This document shows positions 43,430-57,320 of a stretch of DNA of 64,000 bases, one piece after another. Every line of letters begins with the position of its first letter. The stretch's first letter is position 1. The DNA is from an uncultured Chloroflexia bacterium. GTDB lineage: Bacteria; Chloroflexota; UBA5177. Under the pieces are notes generated by a model. The model worked only from the letters and a program-made list of their open reading frames with translations, made no database searches and had not been told where the DNA came from. The stretch lies in NCBI GenBank assembly GCA_963737125.1, contig CAVTRL010000003.1:132204-196203 (forward strand), given 5' to 3'. A program made the translations under genes and the position numbers.

Positions 43430-44404
43430 ATGCCTGCCGGTTCCAATTTTCTCTCTCAGCCGCGTACCGGGCCGTCCGGTGGAGACCGGTATCGCGCACA
43501 GCGTGCCGAGCTGCGTGCTCGCCTGGCGGCGGAGCGAGCAGGTCTGGTCTGCTCGCTGCTGGGGATCGAGGGCCCGCTTCTGGAGTCACAACCGGTGGTG
43601 GGTGAGATGACGAGCACCGTGATGCTGGAGCGTATCGCCAGCCAGGAGGAGGCGGTGATCGCCTTCATGGGCGCGCCGATTGTCGAGTCCTCTCCGGGGA
43701 ATCGTCCTCCGACCGGTACGTTCGAACGATCGTTGGCGCGCTTCATCGACGCCCGCCGTCACTTGCTCGACGCACTGGCGATGGTGGAGAGCCAGGATCT
43801 TTTCGGCTCGTCCCACGCCATCGACGGCGCACCACAATTGCTGGCGCGAGTGACGCAGTGCTTCTGGAACGATGCGTCCCTGGCCTTGCGGGTCGATGCG
43901 TGGACGCAGAGGGATGGCCTGGGTGCCGGCGTCGGACCGCCAGAGCTGTTGCGGGTGGCCGCTCGTGCCGCTCGCAAAGAGCTACTGACGACGATTGCGC
44001 TCGTCCCCGCCGAGGCAAGGGAGCTTCCCATATTTGAGGGAGGGCGCACACTGCCGGAGTTACTGTGGACGATCATCGAGCTGCAGCAAACGTTTCTCAG
44101 TGCCCTGGCAAGAGCGGGGTTGACCGGGATCGCGGCGCCGGGAGGCGATTTCGCCACGGCAGACAGAGCGGTTGGCGACGCCTGGCAGAGCGCCTGGACG
44201 GAACTACATTCGATCAACACACTCGTGCTCCGTGCCCTGCACGGGCTAGGCACCACCGACTTCGAGCATCCGTTGCCGGCTGGTGACGCGCCGGCCTACT
44301 CGACGTACCTGTGGGCAAGAGGATGCCTGCTGCACGACCGCGTGCACGCCGCCGCGATCCGGGCGGATCTCCAGCTCGACTGGCCCGAGAGATTACTCCG
44401 TTAA
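43430..44404 (+). CDS. Hypothetical protein (DinB/MDMPI-like helical bundle?)
   Basis: 324-aa ORF with high coding GC3. No motif recognised with confidence. Confidence 0.45.
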   Translation: MPAGSNFLSQPRTGPSGGDRYRAQRAELRARLAAERAGLVCSLLGIEGPLLESQPVVGEMTSTVMLERIASQEEAVIAFMGAPIVESSPGNRPPTGTFERSLARFIDARRHLLDALAMVESQDLFGSSHAIDGAPQLLARVTQCFWNDASLALRVDAWTQRDGLGAGVGPPELLRVAARAARKELLTTIALVPAEARELPIFEGGRTLPELLWTIIELQQTFLSALARAGLTGIAAPGGDFATADRAVGDAWQSAWTELHSINTLVLRALHGLGTTDFEHPLPAGDAPAYSTYLWARGCLLHDRVHAAAIRADLQLDWPERLLR

Positions 44405-45573
44405 GCGCCGGCCGAGGGAATGGTGACCGTGACGGACAAGCCGCCGTCGTTTCGGGGACTGGCGGTGACGGCGCCGCCATGGATGGCGGCGATGGACGCG
44501 ACGATCGCCAGGCCGAGTCCGAAGCCGTCATGCGAGGTGCGGCCACTGAGCCGCTGAAACGGTTGCAACATGCGGTCTGCATCCGCCGGGCTGATGGCCG
44601 GCCCGGTATTGGACACGGTTAGCTGACTGCTTCCCGCCGAGGCGCGAGTGCTGATCCAGATGTCGCCGGCGGCGACATTGTACCGGACTGCATTGTCGAC
44701 CAGGTTCGCGATAAGGCGTTCGGCCAGCACCGGATCGCCCGATATGACGGCGGGGTCGAGGGTGGGATGCACCCGCCGGTCGCCCAGTCCGGAGGCGTCG
44801 AGGACGTCTTCCGCGACTGTGGCCAGGTCGACCTCCTCGTGGACGGTGAGGCCGCGCTCGTTGCGAGCAAGGATGAGCAGCGCGCTGACGAGGTGCTCGG
44901 CATGGTCCACGGCGGTACGTATGTCGGCCGCCATGCCGCGCAGGTCGTCGGACGTGCTTTGGGGGTCGCCCAGCACGACGTCGACCGTCGTGCGCATAGC
45001 GGCAAGCGGAGTGCGCAACTCATGGGAGGCGTTGGCGATGAACCGCTGCTGGCCCTCGAACGCGGCCTGGAGCCGGCACAGCATCGCGTCGAATGTCTCG
45101 GCCAGTTCGTGGAGCTCGTCGTGGGGGCCGCGCAGCGCAACCCGCGCCGACAGGTTGTGTTCCGACGCGGCGCGGGCGGCCGCGGTGATCCGGTGCACCG
45201 GACGCAGCGCCCGTCCGGCGAAGATCCAGCCGAGGATCGCGGCGAGGGCGATGACCACGGCAAGCGTGATCAGTGAGTACTGCAGCAAGTGCGAGAGAGT
45301 GAGGTCTCGCTGGTGTTGTGCACCCAGCTGCTCGAGGGCCACGTTGCACTTGGCAAAGATAGCCGTGTTTGGATGAGCGAATAGTCGTTCGGATCGGCAC
45401 CGCGCCACGAAGCCGGCCAGCCGAGAGGAGGAAGGATGGCCGCCCTGCTCCGATGTCCCCAGCTGAGCGACCAGGAGGTAGCTGACCGCGACCACGATCG
45501 CCCCGCACACCGCGAACAGGCCGGTGTAGAGGAGGGTGAGCCGGGCGCGGACGGTCAGCCGCGGGCGGCTCAC
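44401..45573 (-). CDS. Sensor histidine kinase (HAMP-HisKA-HATPase)
   Basis: Two TM helices. H-box ANASHELRTPLAAM. N/G boxes LIANLVDNAVRYN, GFGLGLAIVASIAAIHGG. GTG start overlaps the RR stop (GTGA). Confidence 0.85.
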   Translation of the reverse strand: MSRPRLTVRARLTLLYTGLFAVCGAIVVAVSYLLVAQLGTSEQGGHPSSSRLAGFVARCRSERLFAHPNTAIFAKCNVALEQLGAQHQRDLTLSHLLQYSLITLAVVIALAAILGWIFAGRALRPVHRITAAARAASEHNLSARVALRGPHDELHELAETFDAMLCRLQAAFEGQQRFIANASHELRTPLAAMRTTVDVVLGDPQSTSDDLRGMAADIRTAVDHAEHLVSALLILARNERGLTVHEEVDLATVAEDVLDASGLGDRRVHPTLDPAVISGDPVLAERLIANLVDNAVRYNVAAGDIWISTRASAGSSQLTVSNTGPAISPADADRMLQPFQRLSGRTSHDGFGLGLAIVASIAAIHGGAVTASPRNDGGLSVTVTIPSAGA

Positions 45574-46214
45574 ATCCGGTATCCCTTGCCCACCACGGTG
45601 TCGATCAGGGGCGGGTCGCCGAGCTTGCGCCGTAGCCGGGTCATCGTCACCGAGACGATATTGCTGAACGGGTCGGCGTTGGCGTCCCACACGTGCATGA
45701 GCAGTTCCTCTGCACTTACCAGGGCGCCGTCGGCCGCCAGCAGCATCTCCAGGATCCCGAATTCCTTGCGGGTAAGCGACAGTGAGCGGCCGCCGCGGCT
45801 GGCACGGTGCCGAGCGCGATCCACGGACAGGTCCCCGCGCCGCATGACCGGCGGGGCGGACGGCTGCCGGCGGGACAGCGCCCGCACGCGGGCGACGAGC
45901 TCAGCGAACACGAACGGCTTGCCCAGGTAGTCGTCAGCACCCAGCTCCAGTCCGTCAATTCGGTTCTCGACATCGGCGGCGGCAGTGAGCATCAGAATTC
46001 GAGGGCCGGAGCCCGCGACTGCCCGGCACACCCGGTCACCGTGCACGATCGGCAGGTCGCGGTCGAGCACCATCACGTCATAGTCTGTCTGGGCCACGGC
46101 GTCGAGCGCCGCCGCGCCGTCGTAGACGGTGTCCACAGCCATTCCGACTTGACGCAACCCCTGAGCGATCCGGTCGGCGACCGTTCCATGGTCCTCAACC
46201 ACCAGTACCCGCAT
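45570..46214 (-). CDS. OmpR-family response regulator
   Basis: MRVLVVEDHGTVADRIAQGL receiver domain (DVMVLDRDLP). Winged-helix C-terminus. Confidence 0.85.
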   Translation of the reverse strand: MRVLVVEDHGTVADRIAQGLRQVGMAVDTVYDGAAALDAVAQTDYDVMVLDRDLPIVHGDRVCRAVAGSGPRILMLTAAADVENRIDGLELGADDYLGKPFVFAELVARVRALSRRQPSAPPVMRRGDLSVDRARHRASRGGRSLSLTRKEFGILEMLLAADGALVSAEELLMHVWDANADPFSNIVSVTMTRLRRKLGDPPLIDTVVGKGYRM

Positions 46215-46347
46215 CCCATCAGTATGCGCCCGGGGACATGACATCCGTCCAACATCGCATGTAGCGCTGGTGTCACATGCCCGGGCGTAGAGTTACAGGT
46301 GTGAAGCCAATCCCCGCGTAGGAGAACGGTGATGGATCAGGGGGATC

Positions 46348-47695
46348 GTGATGTCCACCGGCGCTAGCCGCGATGTGGCCGTGCCGGCGGGTGGCACTGA
46401 CAGGGCCTGGGTGGGCATGGGACGCGGGGTCCGCCTGGTGTGGGTGGAAGCGGCACTTGCGGTGGTCGCGTTTGCGGCACTGTGCGTCGTGGTCTTTTCA
46501 GTCCCGGGACCACGGATAGCCGTTGAGCCCGATGACGGCGCCTACCACTACTCGATCGTGGCGATCACGATGGGGGATTTCCTGACCCTGTCAAACGCAC
46601 AGATCAATGCCCTGGACGCAACCATGGGGCCGTCGGGAAGCCGGGTGCCCAATCAATGGGTCAAGTTGCCCAATGGGCGGTATTTCAGCGAGAAGAACCC
46701 CGGCTATCCCTACCTGGCGGCGCCGTTCGAGGCGCTTGGCATTATCCGGTGGGCGCCGCTCTTCTTCGGTGCCCTGGCTTGCCTTGGGCTGTTCATCGGT
46801 GCTCGGCGCTGGCTCGGGCGGTTCGGTGGCACTGCCGCGGTGGGCTTGTACTGCTCCTCCGGAGCGGCAATGATCTTCGCCTGGCGCATCTACATCCCGA
46901 CGTTTACCGACGCCTCGCTGATCGCGGCAGGATCCGGGATCGTGCTGTGGGCGGTACTCGCCAACGAGGCCGGCTCCAGCCGGCGCACCTGGGCCGGTCT
47001 CGCCGGGTTTGTAGCGCTCGAGCTCGCCACGTTCGTCCGCTACACCAACATCGTGATCCTCGGCTGTGCCATCGTGGCGGTGCTGGTAGCGTGGTGGCGG
47101 GAGGGCGTTGCGGCTACCCGTGCGAACGCTGTGCTGGTGGCTCGGCTCGGTGGCCGTCTTCGGCGCCGGCGTGGCTCTCTTCGATGACGTGGTCTACGGC
47201 GGTCCGTTCACCACCGGGTATGCGCCGGGTGAGATCACATTCAGCCTCGACGCGATCGGGCCGAATCTGCGGATCATGCCCCCGCATCTGCTGGAGGCCA
47301 TGCCGATGCTGGTGTTGGCGTTGTTAGCGTTGGTGTGCATCATCGTTCGCCGGCTGGTGCTGCGTCGGAGCGGCAGCCAGGCGGGTGCCGCGGCCGGGCG
47401 GGATCTGTGGGTCGGGCTTGCCCTGGCCGCGTCGTGGTTCGCTATCTGGGGCCTGTACGCCGCATATACCTGGACGGCCGACGAATCCACCGACGCCTCC
47501 ACCATGCTCACCCTGACGGTCATCAGGTTCTACATTCCGGCGCTCGGCGCGATCTCGCTGCTCGGCGCCTGGCTGGTAACCAGGGTTCCCGGCCGAGCCT
47601 GGCTGACCGGCCTGATCGCAGCCGCCGTGATCGTAGGGTTGTTCGTCCAGGGCGTGTCGTCGTTCCACGCCATGTGGGCATGGGCAGTATCGTAG
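46348..47695 (+). CDS. Glycosyltransferase family 39 (PMT/ArnT-like) membrane protein; frameshift near 47110-47185
   Basis: NGRYFSEKNPGYPYLAAPFEALG is typical of GT39. Polytopic membrane protein continued in ORF 47108..47695. Confidence 0.6.
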
Positions 47696-47885
47696 CCTCT
47701 CGCTCCACGCCTCTACCGGGCGGGCCGACCCCGCTGGTGAGGGAATGCGGGAATCCAAGCAGTGCATGCCGTTGTCATCGCGATGTGCGGCCTGGGCGCG
47801 TCGACCTTCCACGCGATGGTGTTGAGGGGCCGGCGACTCCGGGTAAGGCCGCACCACCCGCTTTCTTGACTTCCTGGCCGGCGTT

Positions 47886-50788
<2,903 letters not shown>

Positions 50789-50861
50789 TGTAGCTCCTTA
50801 CGACCGGACGGATGGCGTTGAAGTGGTGGGTGAGCCGGCGATGAAACTTTCCGAGGCACGG

Positions 50862-51197
50862 TCAACGGCGGCAACGACCATGCTGACAGCGTGGGCTTTG
50901 CGTGGAGGCACGCCTCCCAGCGCGGCATTCGAGGGTCGGCTCATCCAGTAGAGGCTGGAACTCCAGCGATCGGCCGCGTAGCAGTTCGGTGGCCAGACTC
51001 GCCGCGGCGAGCGCTGGGACGCAGCCCTCACCCTGCCAGCGCGCCTCCTCAATGATGCCGTCGCGAATTCGCAGGCTGAGGCGGATGCGATCGCCACAAA
51101 TGGGATTCGCCTCTTCCGCGACGGCGTCCGGCGCCTCCAGGTCGCCGACATTGCGCGGCTGCTGAAAGTGATCCAGCACGATATCCGAATAGGCCAT
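50862..51197 (-). CDS. NifU/IscU-like Fe-S scaffold N-terminal domain (C-terminus atypical, possibly frameshifted)
   Basis: YSDIVLDHFQQPRNVGDLEAPDAVAEEANPICGDRIRLSLRI...GEGCVPALAAASLATELL IscU-like Cys motifs. Confidence 0.7.
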   Translation of the reverse strand: MAYSDIVLDHFQQPRNVGDLEAPDAVAEEANPICGDRIRLSLRIRDGIIEEARWQGEGCVPALAAASLATELLRGRSLEFQPLLDEPTLECRAGRRASTQSPRCQHGRCRR

Positions 51198-52360
51198 TAC
51201 GCGGGTATAGCCGCCGGTGCGATGCCGCGCAGTCGCTGGACGATGCCGGACAGCGCCTCGACCACCCGTTCGATTTCCTCGGCGGAGGTTTCACGGCCAA
51301 GCGTCAAACGAAGCGTGCCCTGCGCCACACGCGAGGACAGTCCGAGTGCGAGCAGAACGTGCGTCGGCTCCTGGGAGCCCGAGGCGCAGGCGGACCCACT
51401 GGAGGCCATGATGCCGGCGAAGTCAAGTGCCACCAACAGTGATTCACCGTGGACGCCCTCGACATTGATATTGAGATTGTTGGGCAGCCGATGATCAAGG
51501 CTCCCGTTCACACTGATGCCCTCGATCCGAGTTTGCAGCGACTGCAGAAGTAGGTCGCGCAGTGCGGCGATTCTCGCGTTCGAGGACTCACGCTCTCGTA
51601 CACTGCACTCGAGTGCGCGGGCCAGTCCGACGATACCGGCGACGTTCTCCGTGCCGGAGCGCCGGTTCCTTTCCTGTCCACCACCTGCAATGAGCGGCCA
51701 CCAGGGCGTGCCGCCGCGCACATACAAAACGCCGACGCCCTTGGGACCGTAAAACTTATGGGCCGAAATACTGAGCAGGTCGACCGGAACGGATGATAGA
51801 TCGATCGGCAGCGTGCCGGCCGCCTGAACCGCATCGACATGCAGCGGGATGCCACGCTCCGCCGTCAATGCGGCAATTGAGGCAATCGGCTGGATGGTTC
51901 CGATTTCGTTGTTGGCCCACATCACGGATACCAGGACGGTGTCGGACCGAAGGGCGGCCTCGACGGCAGCCGGATCCACGACTCCATCCCGCCCCACGGG
52001 GACCACGGTCGACTCGAATCCGAAGCGCTCCACCAGTTCCTCGACCGGGTGAAGAACCGCGTGGTGCTCGATGGAGGTCGTGACGATGTGTCGTCCCCGT
52101 TCGCGGGACGCGAAGGCAACGCCCTTGATCGCGGCGTTATCACTTTCGGTGCCGCCGCTGGTGAAGATGATATCCCGCGGTCGCGCACCGAGGGTCGACG
52201 CCACGGTATCCCTCGCACCATCCAGCGCGGAGCGAGCGAACTGAGCCTGCCGGTAGACGGAAGAAGGATTCGCAAAGTTATCGACCAGAAACGGGCGCAT
52301 GGCGTCGAATGCCTCGGATCGAAGCGGAGTCGTCGCGGCGTGGTCGAGGTAAATGCTCAT
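51197..52360 (-). CDS. Cysteine desulfurase (IscS/NifS class I)
   Basis: MSIYLDHAATTPL, TSGGTESDN, SISAHKFYGPKGVGVLYV and SSGSACASG motifs. Confidence 0.9.
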   Translation of the reverse strand: MSIYLDHAATTPLRSEAFDAMRPFLVDNFANPSSVYRQAQFARSALDGARDTVASTLGARPRDIIFTSGGTESDNAAIKGVAFASRERGRHIVTTSIEHHAVLHPVEELVERFGFESTVVPVGRDGVVDPAAVEAALRSDTVLVSVMWANNEIGTIQPIASIAALTAERGIPLHVDAVQAAGTLPIDLSSVPVDLLSISAHKFYGPKGVGVLYVRGGTPWWPLIAGGGQERNRRSGTENVAGIVGLARALECSVRERESSNARIAALRDLLLQSLQTRIEGISVNGSLDHRLPNNLNINVEGVHGESLLVALDFAGIMASSGSACASGSQEPTHVLLALGLSSRVAQGTLRLTLGRETSAEEIERVVEALSGIVQRLRGIAPAAIPA

Positions 52361-52581
52361 GCCTTCTTTCCTTCCCTACGGTGTTGCCGTATTCTAGCTA
52401 TCGCGCGGGTCGCGATGAGAGACGAGGGACGCGCGTTCGGACGGCAGGGATGCGGGCGTGCGGGTGTGCGGCGCGATACGATAGCGCAGGCGGATGTTAC
52501 CCCACGTGCGCGGGAATACGCCGCGCGTGTTCGATGCGAATTGTACCGGAGTAAGGAGCGCCCAATGCCGTCGGCGACAGT

Positions 52582-53796
52582 GTGACCCACGGTAAATTGG
52601 CCGTGGGTCAGGCGGGCGGCGCCACGGCCGTGATCAACGCCAGCCTGGTGGCTGTAATCCGCGAAGCGACTGCGAACGGTGTCCAGGCGATCTGGGGAAT
52701 GCGCCGAGGCGCCGAGGGTGCCCTGCAGGGAGAATTCGTCGACCTGGGGCGACTCTCGCCGCGCGAGCTGGGGGACCTGGGTGAGACCCCGGGCGCCGCG
52801 CTCGGTTCATCACGGTACAAGGCAAGCGATGAAGACGTGCACCGACTCGTGGAGTTTTGTCGGGTCCACGACATCCGCTACTTCCTGTATATCGGAGGCA
52901 ACGATTCGGCGGACACCGTCCATCGGATCGCGCTGTGTGCCCGCCAAGAACAGTACGACCTGGCCGCGGTGGCCATACCGAAGACCATCGACAACGACCT
53001 TCCGGTGACCGATCACTGTCCCGGTTACGGTAGTATCGCCCGGTACGTGGCCGTGGCCACCATGGACTCGGCGAAGGACACTGAATCGATGCCGACCATG
53101 TATCCCGTCAAAATAATCGAGGTTATGGGGCGTGACGCGGGGTGGGTCGCGGCGGCGGCAGCGCTGGGAAAGCGCGAGCCGCACGACGCGCCGCACCTGA
53201 TCTATATCCCGGAGCGCCTCCTGGCGCGAGACCGGCTGCTAATGGATATCCAGCGGACATACGACGAGATCGGGCATGTGGTCGCGGTGGTGAGCGAGAC
53301 AGTGCGCGACGAGAACGGGCGGTCGTTCGCCGACCCATCGCTGAGCGGCGACGTCGACGCGTTTGGACATCCCTTGCTGCGGGGCACCGCCAGTACCATG
53401 TGCCGGCTCATTGGCGATGAGCTCGGCTTACGGGCACGGTACGACAAGCCCGGCAGCCTGCAACGGATGTCGTCCCTCTATGCTTCGCCGGTCGATCGGC
53501 AGGAGGCGGAGGAAGTGGGCCGGGCCGCGGTTCGTCTGGCAACGAGCGGCGAATCGGACCGGATGGTGACGATCGTGCGGGACAGCGACTCACCATACCG
53601 CTCGCACACCGATTCGGTCCCACTCGCCGAGGTTGCAAATCGGCAGCGGCTGCTACCCGTCGATTTTCTCAACGAAACGTCGTCCGACGTAACGCCTGCC
53701 TTCCGCCGCTATGTGCACCCGCTGTTGGGTCCGGAGCCTCTGCCGCGTTACACACGCCTGCACCTCGAGCCAATCGACATTCGCTCGGAGGGGTGA
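52582..53796 (+). CDS. pfkA: 6-phosphofructokinase (PfkA family)
   Basis: KLAVGQAGGATAVINASL, IGGNDS and PKTIDNDL (actual sequence IPKTIDNDLPVTDHCPGYGS) motifs. Confidence 0.85.
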   Translation: MTHGKLAVGQAGGATAVINASLVAVIREATANGVQAIWGMRRGAEGALQGEFVDLGRLSPRELGDLGETPGAALGSSRYKASDEDVHRLVEFCRVHDIRYFLYIGGNDSADTVHRIALCARQEQYDLAAVAIPKTIDNDLPVTDHCPGYGSIARYVAVATMDSAKDTESMPTMYPVKIIEVMGRDAGWVAAAAALGKREPHDAPHLIYIPERLLARDRLLMDIQRTYDEIGHVVAVVSETVRDENGRSFADPSLSGDVDAFGHPLLRGTASTMCRLIGDELGLRARYDKPGSLQRMSSLYASPVDRQEAEEVGRAAVRLATSGESDRMVTIVRDSDSPYRSHTDSVPLAEVANRQRLLPVDFLNETSSDVTPAFRRYVHPLLGPEPLPRYTRLHLEPIDIRSEG

Positions 53797-53845
53797 AGTC
53801 AGTTGCCTACGGGAACAGCTACGGTGCCCACTGGTCGACGCGCCT

Positions 53846-54274
53846 TTACCCGCGAGGCGGCTCCACAGGCACCGCCGCGACGACCACGGTGGGATCGGAG
53901 AGTGGTCCGGCAGCAACCGTGAGATCGAGATCGGATTGCGCCGTCAGCAGCGGTGCCGGGCGTTTGGAGCCGGGAGCAGAGTGTCGCGCGCGAACATCGC
54001 GGCGTATGGCCGAGGCCGTTGCCTGGGCCCGAGACACCGTACCGGCTCCCAGGATAAACGGTTTGCCGACGATATCGGTACCACTTCTGACATATTTAGT
54101 GCCGAGAGTCAAAAGACCGTTGGCCTTGCCGAACGCCCATTCAGTCTTGCCGAGTACCCAGTGCAAGCCGAAGGCCAATCCGCCGGCAACGGCCAGAAAT
54201 AGCATGAGCACGACCAGAAGCTCCACCAAGAGGAGTACCGCCGCGGCCTGGGCCAGGTGGTGCAAGACAGTCAC
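53846..54274 (-). CDS. DUF948-like small membrane-anchored protein
   Basis: N-terminal TM helix plus helical domain. Tandem with the following gene. Confidence 0.45.
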   Translation of the reverse strand: MTVLHHLAQAAAVLLLVELLVVLMLFLAVAGGLAFGLHWVLGKTEWAFGKANGLLTLGTKYVRSGTDIVGKPFILGAGTVSRAQATASAIRRDVRARHSAPGSKRPAPLLTAQSDLDLTVAAGPLSDPTVVVAAVPVEPPRG

Positions 54275-54276
54275 GA

Positions 54277-54684
54277 CTACCCCCGACGCTTATACAACGG
54301 CTGGGTGAGAGACTTCACCGTGGCGCGCGTCGCGCTCACGAATGCGGAGGCTTGCGCGACCGGGGCCACAACTGATTTGTTGACGAACCGGGCCGTTCCC
54401 TGCACCTCGGACATCGTCTGTTGCGCTGTTCCGACCAATGTCTTGACTTCGCCGCGCACCTCTTTCACCAGACCGACAACTTGCAGCGCGGCATAGCCAA
54501 GCAGGGCGAAAGCGGACATCGAAACAAGCAGCGCAAGAATCACGAAGATGTCGACGATTGCCTGGCCATCGATAAAACAGAGGACGATGACTGCAATGAC
54601 CAGAATGATCCCGAAAACGGCGCCGCCGACCACTTTGCCTTTAATGAGAAGCCTCCGAGCGCAGCAATGGAGCAATTGTATCAT
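54277..54684 (-). CDS. DUF948 (YtxG-like) membrane protein
   Basis: Start MIQLLH at 54684. Hydrophobic helix plus coiled-coil. VKEVRGEVKTLVGTAQQTMSEVQGTARFV is typical of DUF948. Confidence 0.55.
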   Translation of the reverse strand: MIQLLHCCARRLLIKGKVVGGAVFGIILVIAVIVLCFIDGQAIVDIFVILALLVSMSAFALLGYAALQVVGLVKEVRGEVKTLVGTAQQTMSEVQGTARFVNKSVVAPVAQASAFVSATRATVKSLTQPLYKRRG

Positions 54685-54775
54685 GGTGTCCAGGGCATAC
54701 TGTCGAAGCGTTCGGCACCGGTCCCGGTTACCGGCGAACCAAACCGTCATCCGAACACTGCATGCATCGGACGTT

Positions 54776-55808
54776 ATGGAAGCGATCACTGTATCAGGCG
54801 GTAATCGATCCGCCTGGAATTCTTTTGTTGCCTCATCGCCCACGGGCCACGTGCTCCAGTCATGGGAATGGGGCGAGCTGAAAGAGAAAACCGGCTGGGA
54901 AACGGTGCGGCTCGCTCTCGTACGCAACGGCTCCATTGCCGGGGCGGCGCAAATACTCGTGCGATCGCTGCCCTACGGAGCGGGGAAGCTAGCGTACGTG
55001 CCTCGCGGCCCAGCGATCGACTTCGATGACCGGGCGCTGTTGACCGCAATGATGAACGGGCTTCGAGAGGTCGCCGCGCGCCGGCAGGTGGTCTCACTGA
55101 AAATTGAGCCGGATGTCCTCGAGGACGGCGCGATGGCCCGCAGCCTCGCCACATTCGGTTTGTCCAGTGCCCCACCGGTTCAAATGCGATCGAGTATCTG
55201 GGTGGACCTGGCCCCCACGGAGGCTGAGATTCTGGCTCGTCAGAAACAAAAGACGCGTTACAACATCCGGCTTGCGGAAAAGAAAGGCGTACGCGTTACC
55301 ACCCACGGCAGCGAGGCGAGTCGACGAGTGGTACGAGATGTATGCAGTGACGTCACGGCGGGACGGTTTCACCATACACAGCCTGGAGTACTATCGCGAG
55401 GTACTGCGCTGCCTGGAGCCGGCCGGTATGGCCACGCTGTTGCTGGCCCATCACGACGGCGACCTGCTTGCAGGAATTCTGGTCTTCGCATTCGGACACA
55501 AGGCGCAATACATGTACGGGGCGTCCAGTAACGTCAAGCGGAATCTGATGGCCCCGTACCTCGTGCAATGGGAAGGAATGCGCTGGGCAAAGGGGCGAGG
55601 AGCGACCCTGTACGACCTCTGGGGCATACCCGACAGGCTTGAAGAAGGTGAAGACCTGTGGGGCGTGTACCGGCACAAGAGGGGCTATGGAGGCACCATC
55701 GTTCGCTACGCGGGTGCATTCGACCTGGTACGGTCGCCCATGCGTCACTATGCCCTCGAGAAGATCGCGCGCCCGCTGTTCAAGAAGGTGACGCGGCTTG
55801 GGTTATAA
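54776..55808 (+). CDS. FemAB-family peptidyltransferase (lipid II peptide-bridge formation); frameshift near 55310-55330
   Basis: FemX-like N-terminus (WNSFVASSPTGHVLQSWEWGELK). C-terminal half is in ORF 55104..55808 (YMYGASSNVKRNLMAPYLVQWEGMRWAKGRGATLYDLWGI). Confidence 0.75.
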
Positions 55809-55832
55809 CGTGCGCTCGGCGCCCGGCTGCGC

Positions 55833-57320
55833 GTGATGCGGCTCGCGTCTCTATTGGCGGCACTCCCCGATGTGCGACCCACGACTGTACCCGACGTAGA
55901 GATTACCGCTGTGGCGTACGACTCACGGCTCGCCGGCGCGGGATCGATGTTCGTCGCGGTGCCGAGCGTGGGGAAGACTGGTTCCAGCGGTGGTTTTCAG
56001 TTCATCGGTGAGGCGGTCGCGCGCGGCGCAGTCGCCGTGGTCACCGAAAGCCCAGAGCCCATACCGAACGTCGTGAAGATTCAGGTCAGTGACGCACGCG
56101 CCGCTCTGGCCGACCTGGCTTGCACGTTTTACGATCACCCATCGCAGCGAATGAACGTGTTCGCAATCACCGGAACCGACGGCAAGACGACGACGAGTTA
56201 CCTGCTCGACGGCATTTTCGCTGCAGCAGGGTACGAAACCGGGTTAATCGGCACGATCGAGACGAAGATCGGCACAACGCGTGTCCCGAACGATGACCGG
56301 GTGACCACGCCGGAGTCATTGGACCTCCAGCGGCTCCTACGGTCGATGGTCGACGCGGGAGTACGTACCGTCTCGATGGAAGCCTCGAGCCACGCGCTCG
56401 CCCTACAGCGGCTACGTGGAACGCGTTTCGCGGCGGCGGCCCTGACGAATATAACCGGCGATCATGTGGAATTTCACGGATCGTGGAGCGCGTACGAGGC
56501 TGCCAAGTTCAGTCTATTTACCTCGGTAGCGGCCGACGCTCCCGCGATTCTGAATAAAGATGACGCCAGCTTCCCACGTCTCGCGGCCGCTACCGGAAAT
56601 CGAGTTATTTCCTACAGCCGGCGGGGCACTGCCGACATCACGGCCCGCGGTCTCGTCGCCGCGAAATCGGGGTTGGGTTTCCGGCTCGGTATCGACGGCG
56701 TGGAATTTCCGGTGGAGCTCCGGATGCCAGGAGCGTTCAATGTGTCAAACGCGCTGGCGGCGGCGGGCCTGGCCTGGAGCGCGGGCCTGGCGGGGGCCGA
56801 GATAGCACACGGTCTATCTCAGGCGTCACTGCCTCCCGGACGGATGGAACGGATCGAGTGCGGTCAGCCGTTTGACATTATCGTGGACTACGGGCACACC
56901 GTGAACGCATTTCGGTCGGTGCTGTCGTCGCTTCGAGCCGAACAATCCGGCTCCTCGCGGCTTATTGCCGTGTTCGGTGCAGCCGGAGGGCGTGACCGGG
57001 GTAAACGTCCGATATTCGGTTCTATTGCACGGCAATTTACCGACTTCTTCATCATCACCAACGAAGATCCGTGCGGCGAGGACCTGAACTCTATCATCGC
57101 GGACGTCGCTTCAGGGGTGCCGGCACAAGACGAGGGGACGCGCTTTCAGCGGGACCCGGACCGACGCCGGGCGATAAGAACCGCTCTGGAGACGGCACGA
57201 CCCGGAGACACAGTTGTCATACTGGGCAAAGGGCACGAGCGCAGCATCGTCATGGGCGGAGCCAAATATCCATGGAGTGACGTCGCGGTTGTACGAGACG
57301 TCCTGGAAGGTCGAACGTGA
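55833..57320 (+). CDS. murE: UDP-N-acetylmuramoyl-L-alanyl-D-glutamate--2,6-diaminopimelate ligase
   Basis: ITGTDGKTTTSYLL P-loop, DNRVTTPESLDLQRLLRSM, and MurE C-terminal motifs. Confidence 0.9.
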   Translation: MMRLASLLAALPDVRPTTVPDVEITAVAYDSRLAGAGSMFVAVPSVGKTGSSGGFQFIGEAVARGAVAVVTESPEPIPNVVKIQVSDARAALADLACTFYDHPSQRMNVFAITGTDGKTTTSYLLDGIFAAAGYETGLIGTIETKIGTTRVPNDDRVTTPESLDLQRLLRSMVDAGVRTVSMEASSHALALQRLRGTRFAAAALTNITGDHVEFHGSWSAYEAAKFSLFTSVAADAPAILNKDDASFPRLAAATGNRVISYSRRGTADITARGLVAAKSGLGFRLGIDGVEFPVELRMPGAFNVSNALAAAGLAWSAGLAGAEIAHGLSQASLPPGRMERIECGQPFDIIVDYGHTVNAFRSVLSSLRAEQSGSSRLIAVFGAAGGRDRGKRPIFGSIARQFTDFFIITNEDPCGEDLNSIIADVASGVPAQDEGTRFQRDPDRRRAIRTALETARPGDTVVILGKGHERSIVMGGAKYPWSDVAVVRDVLEGRT

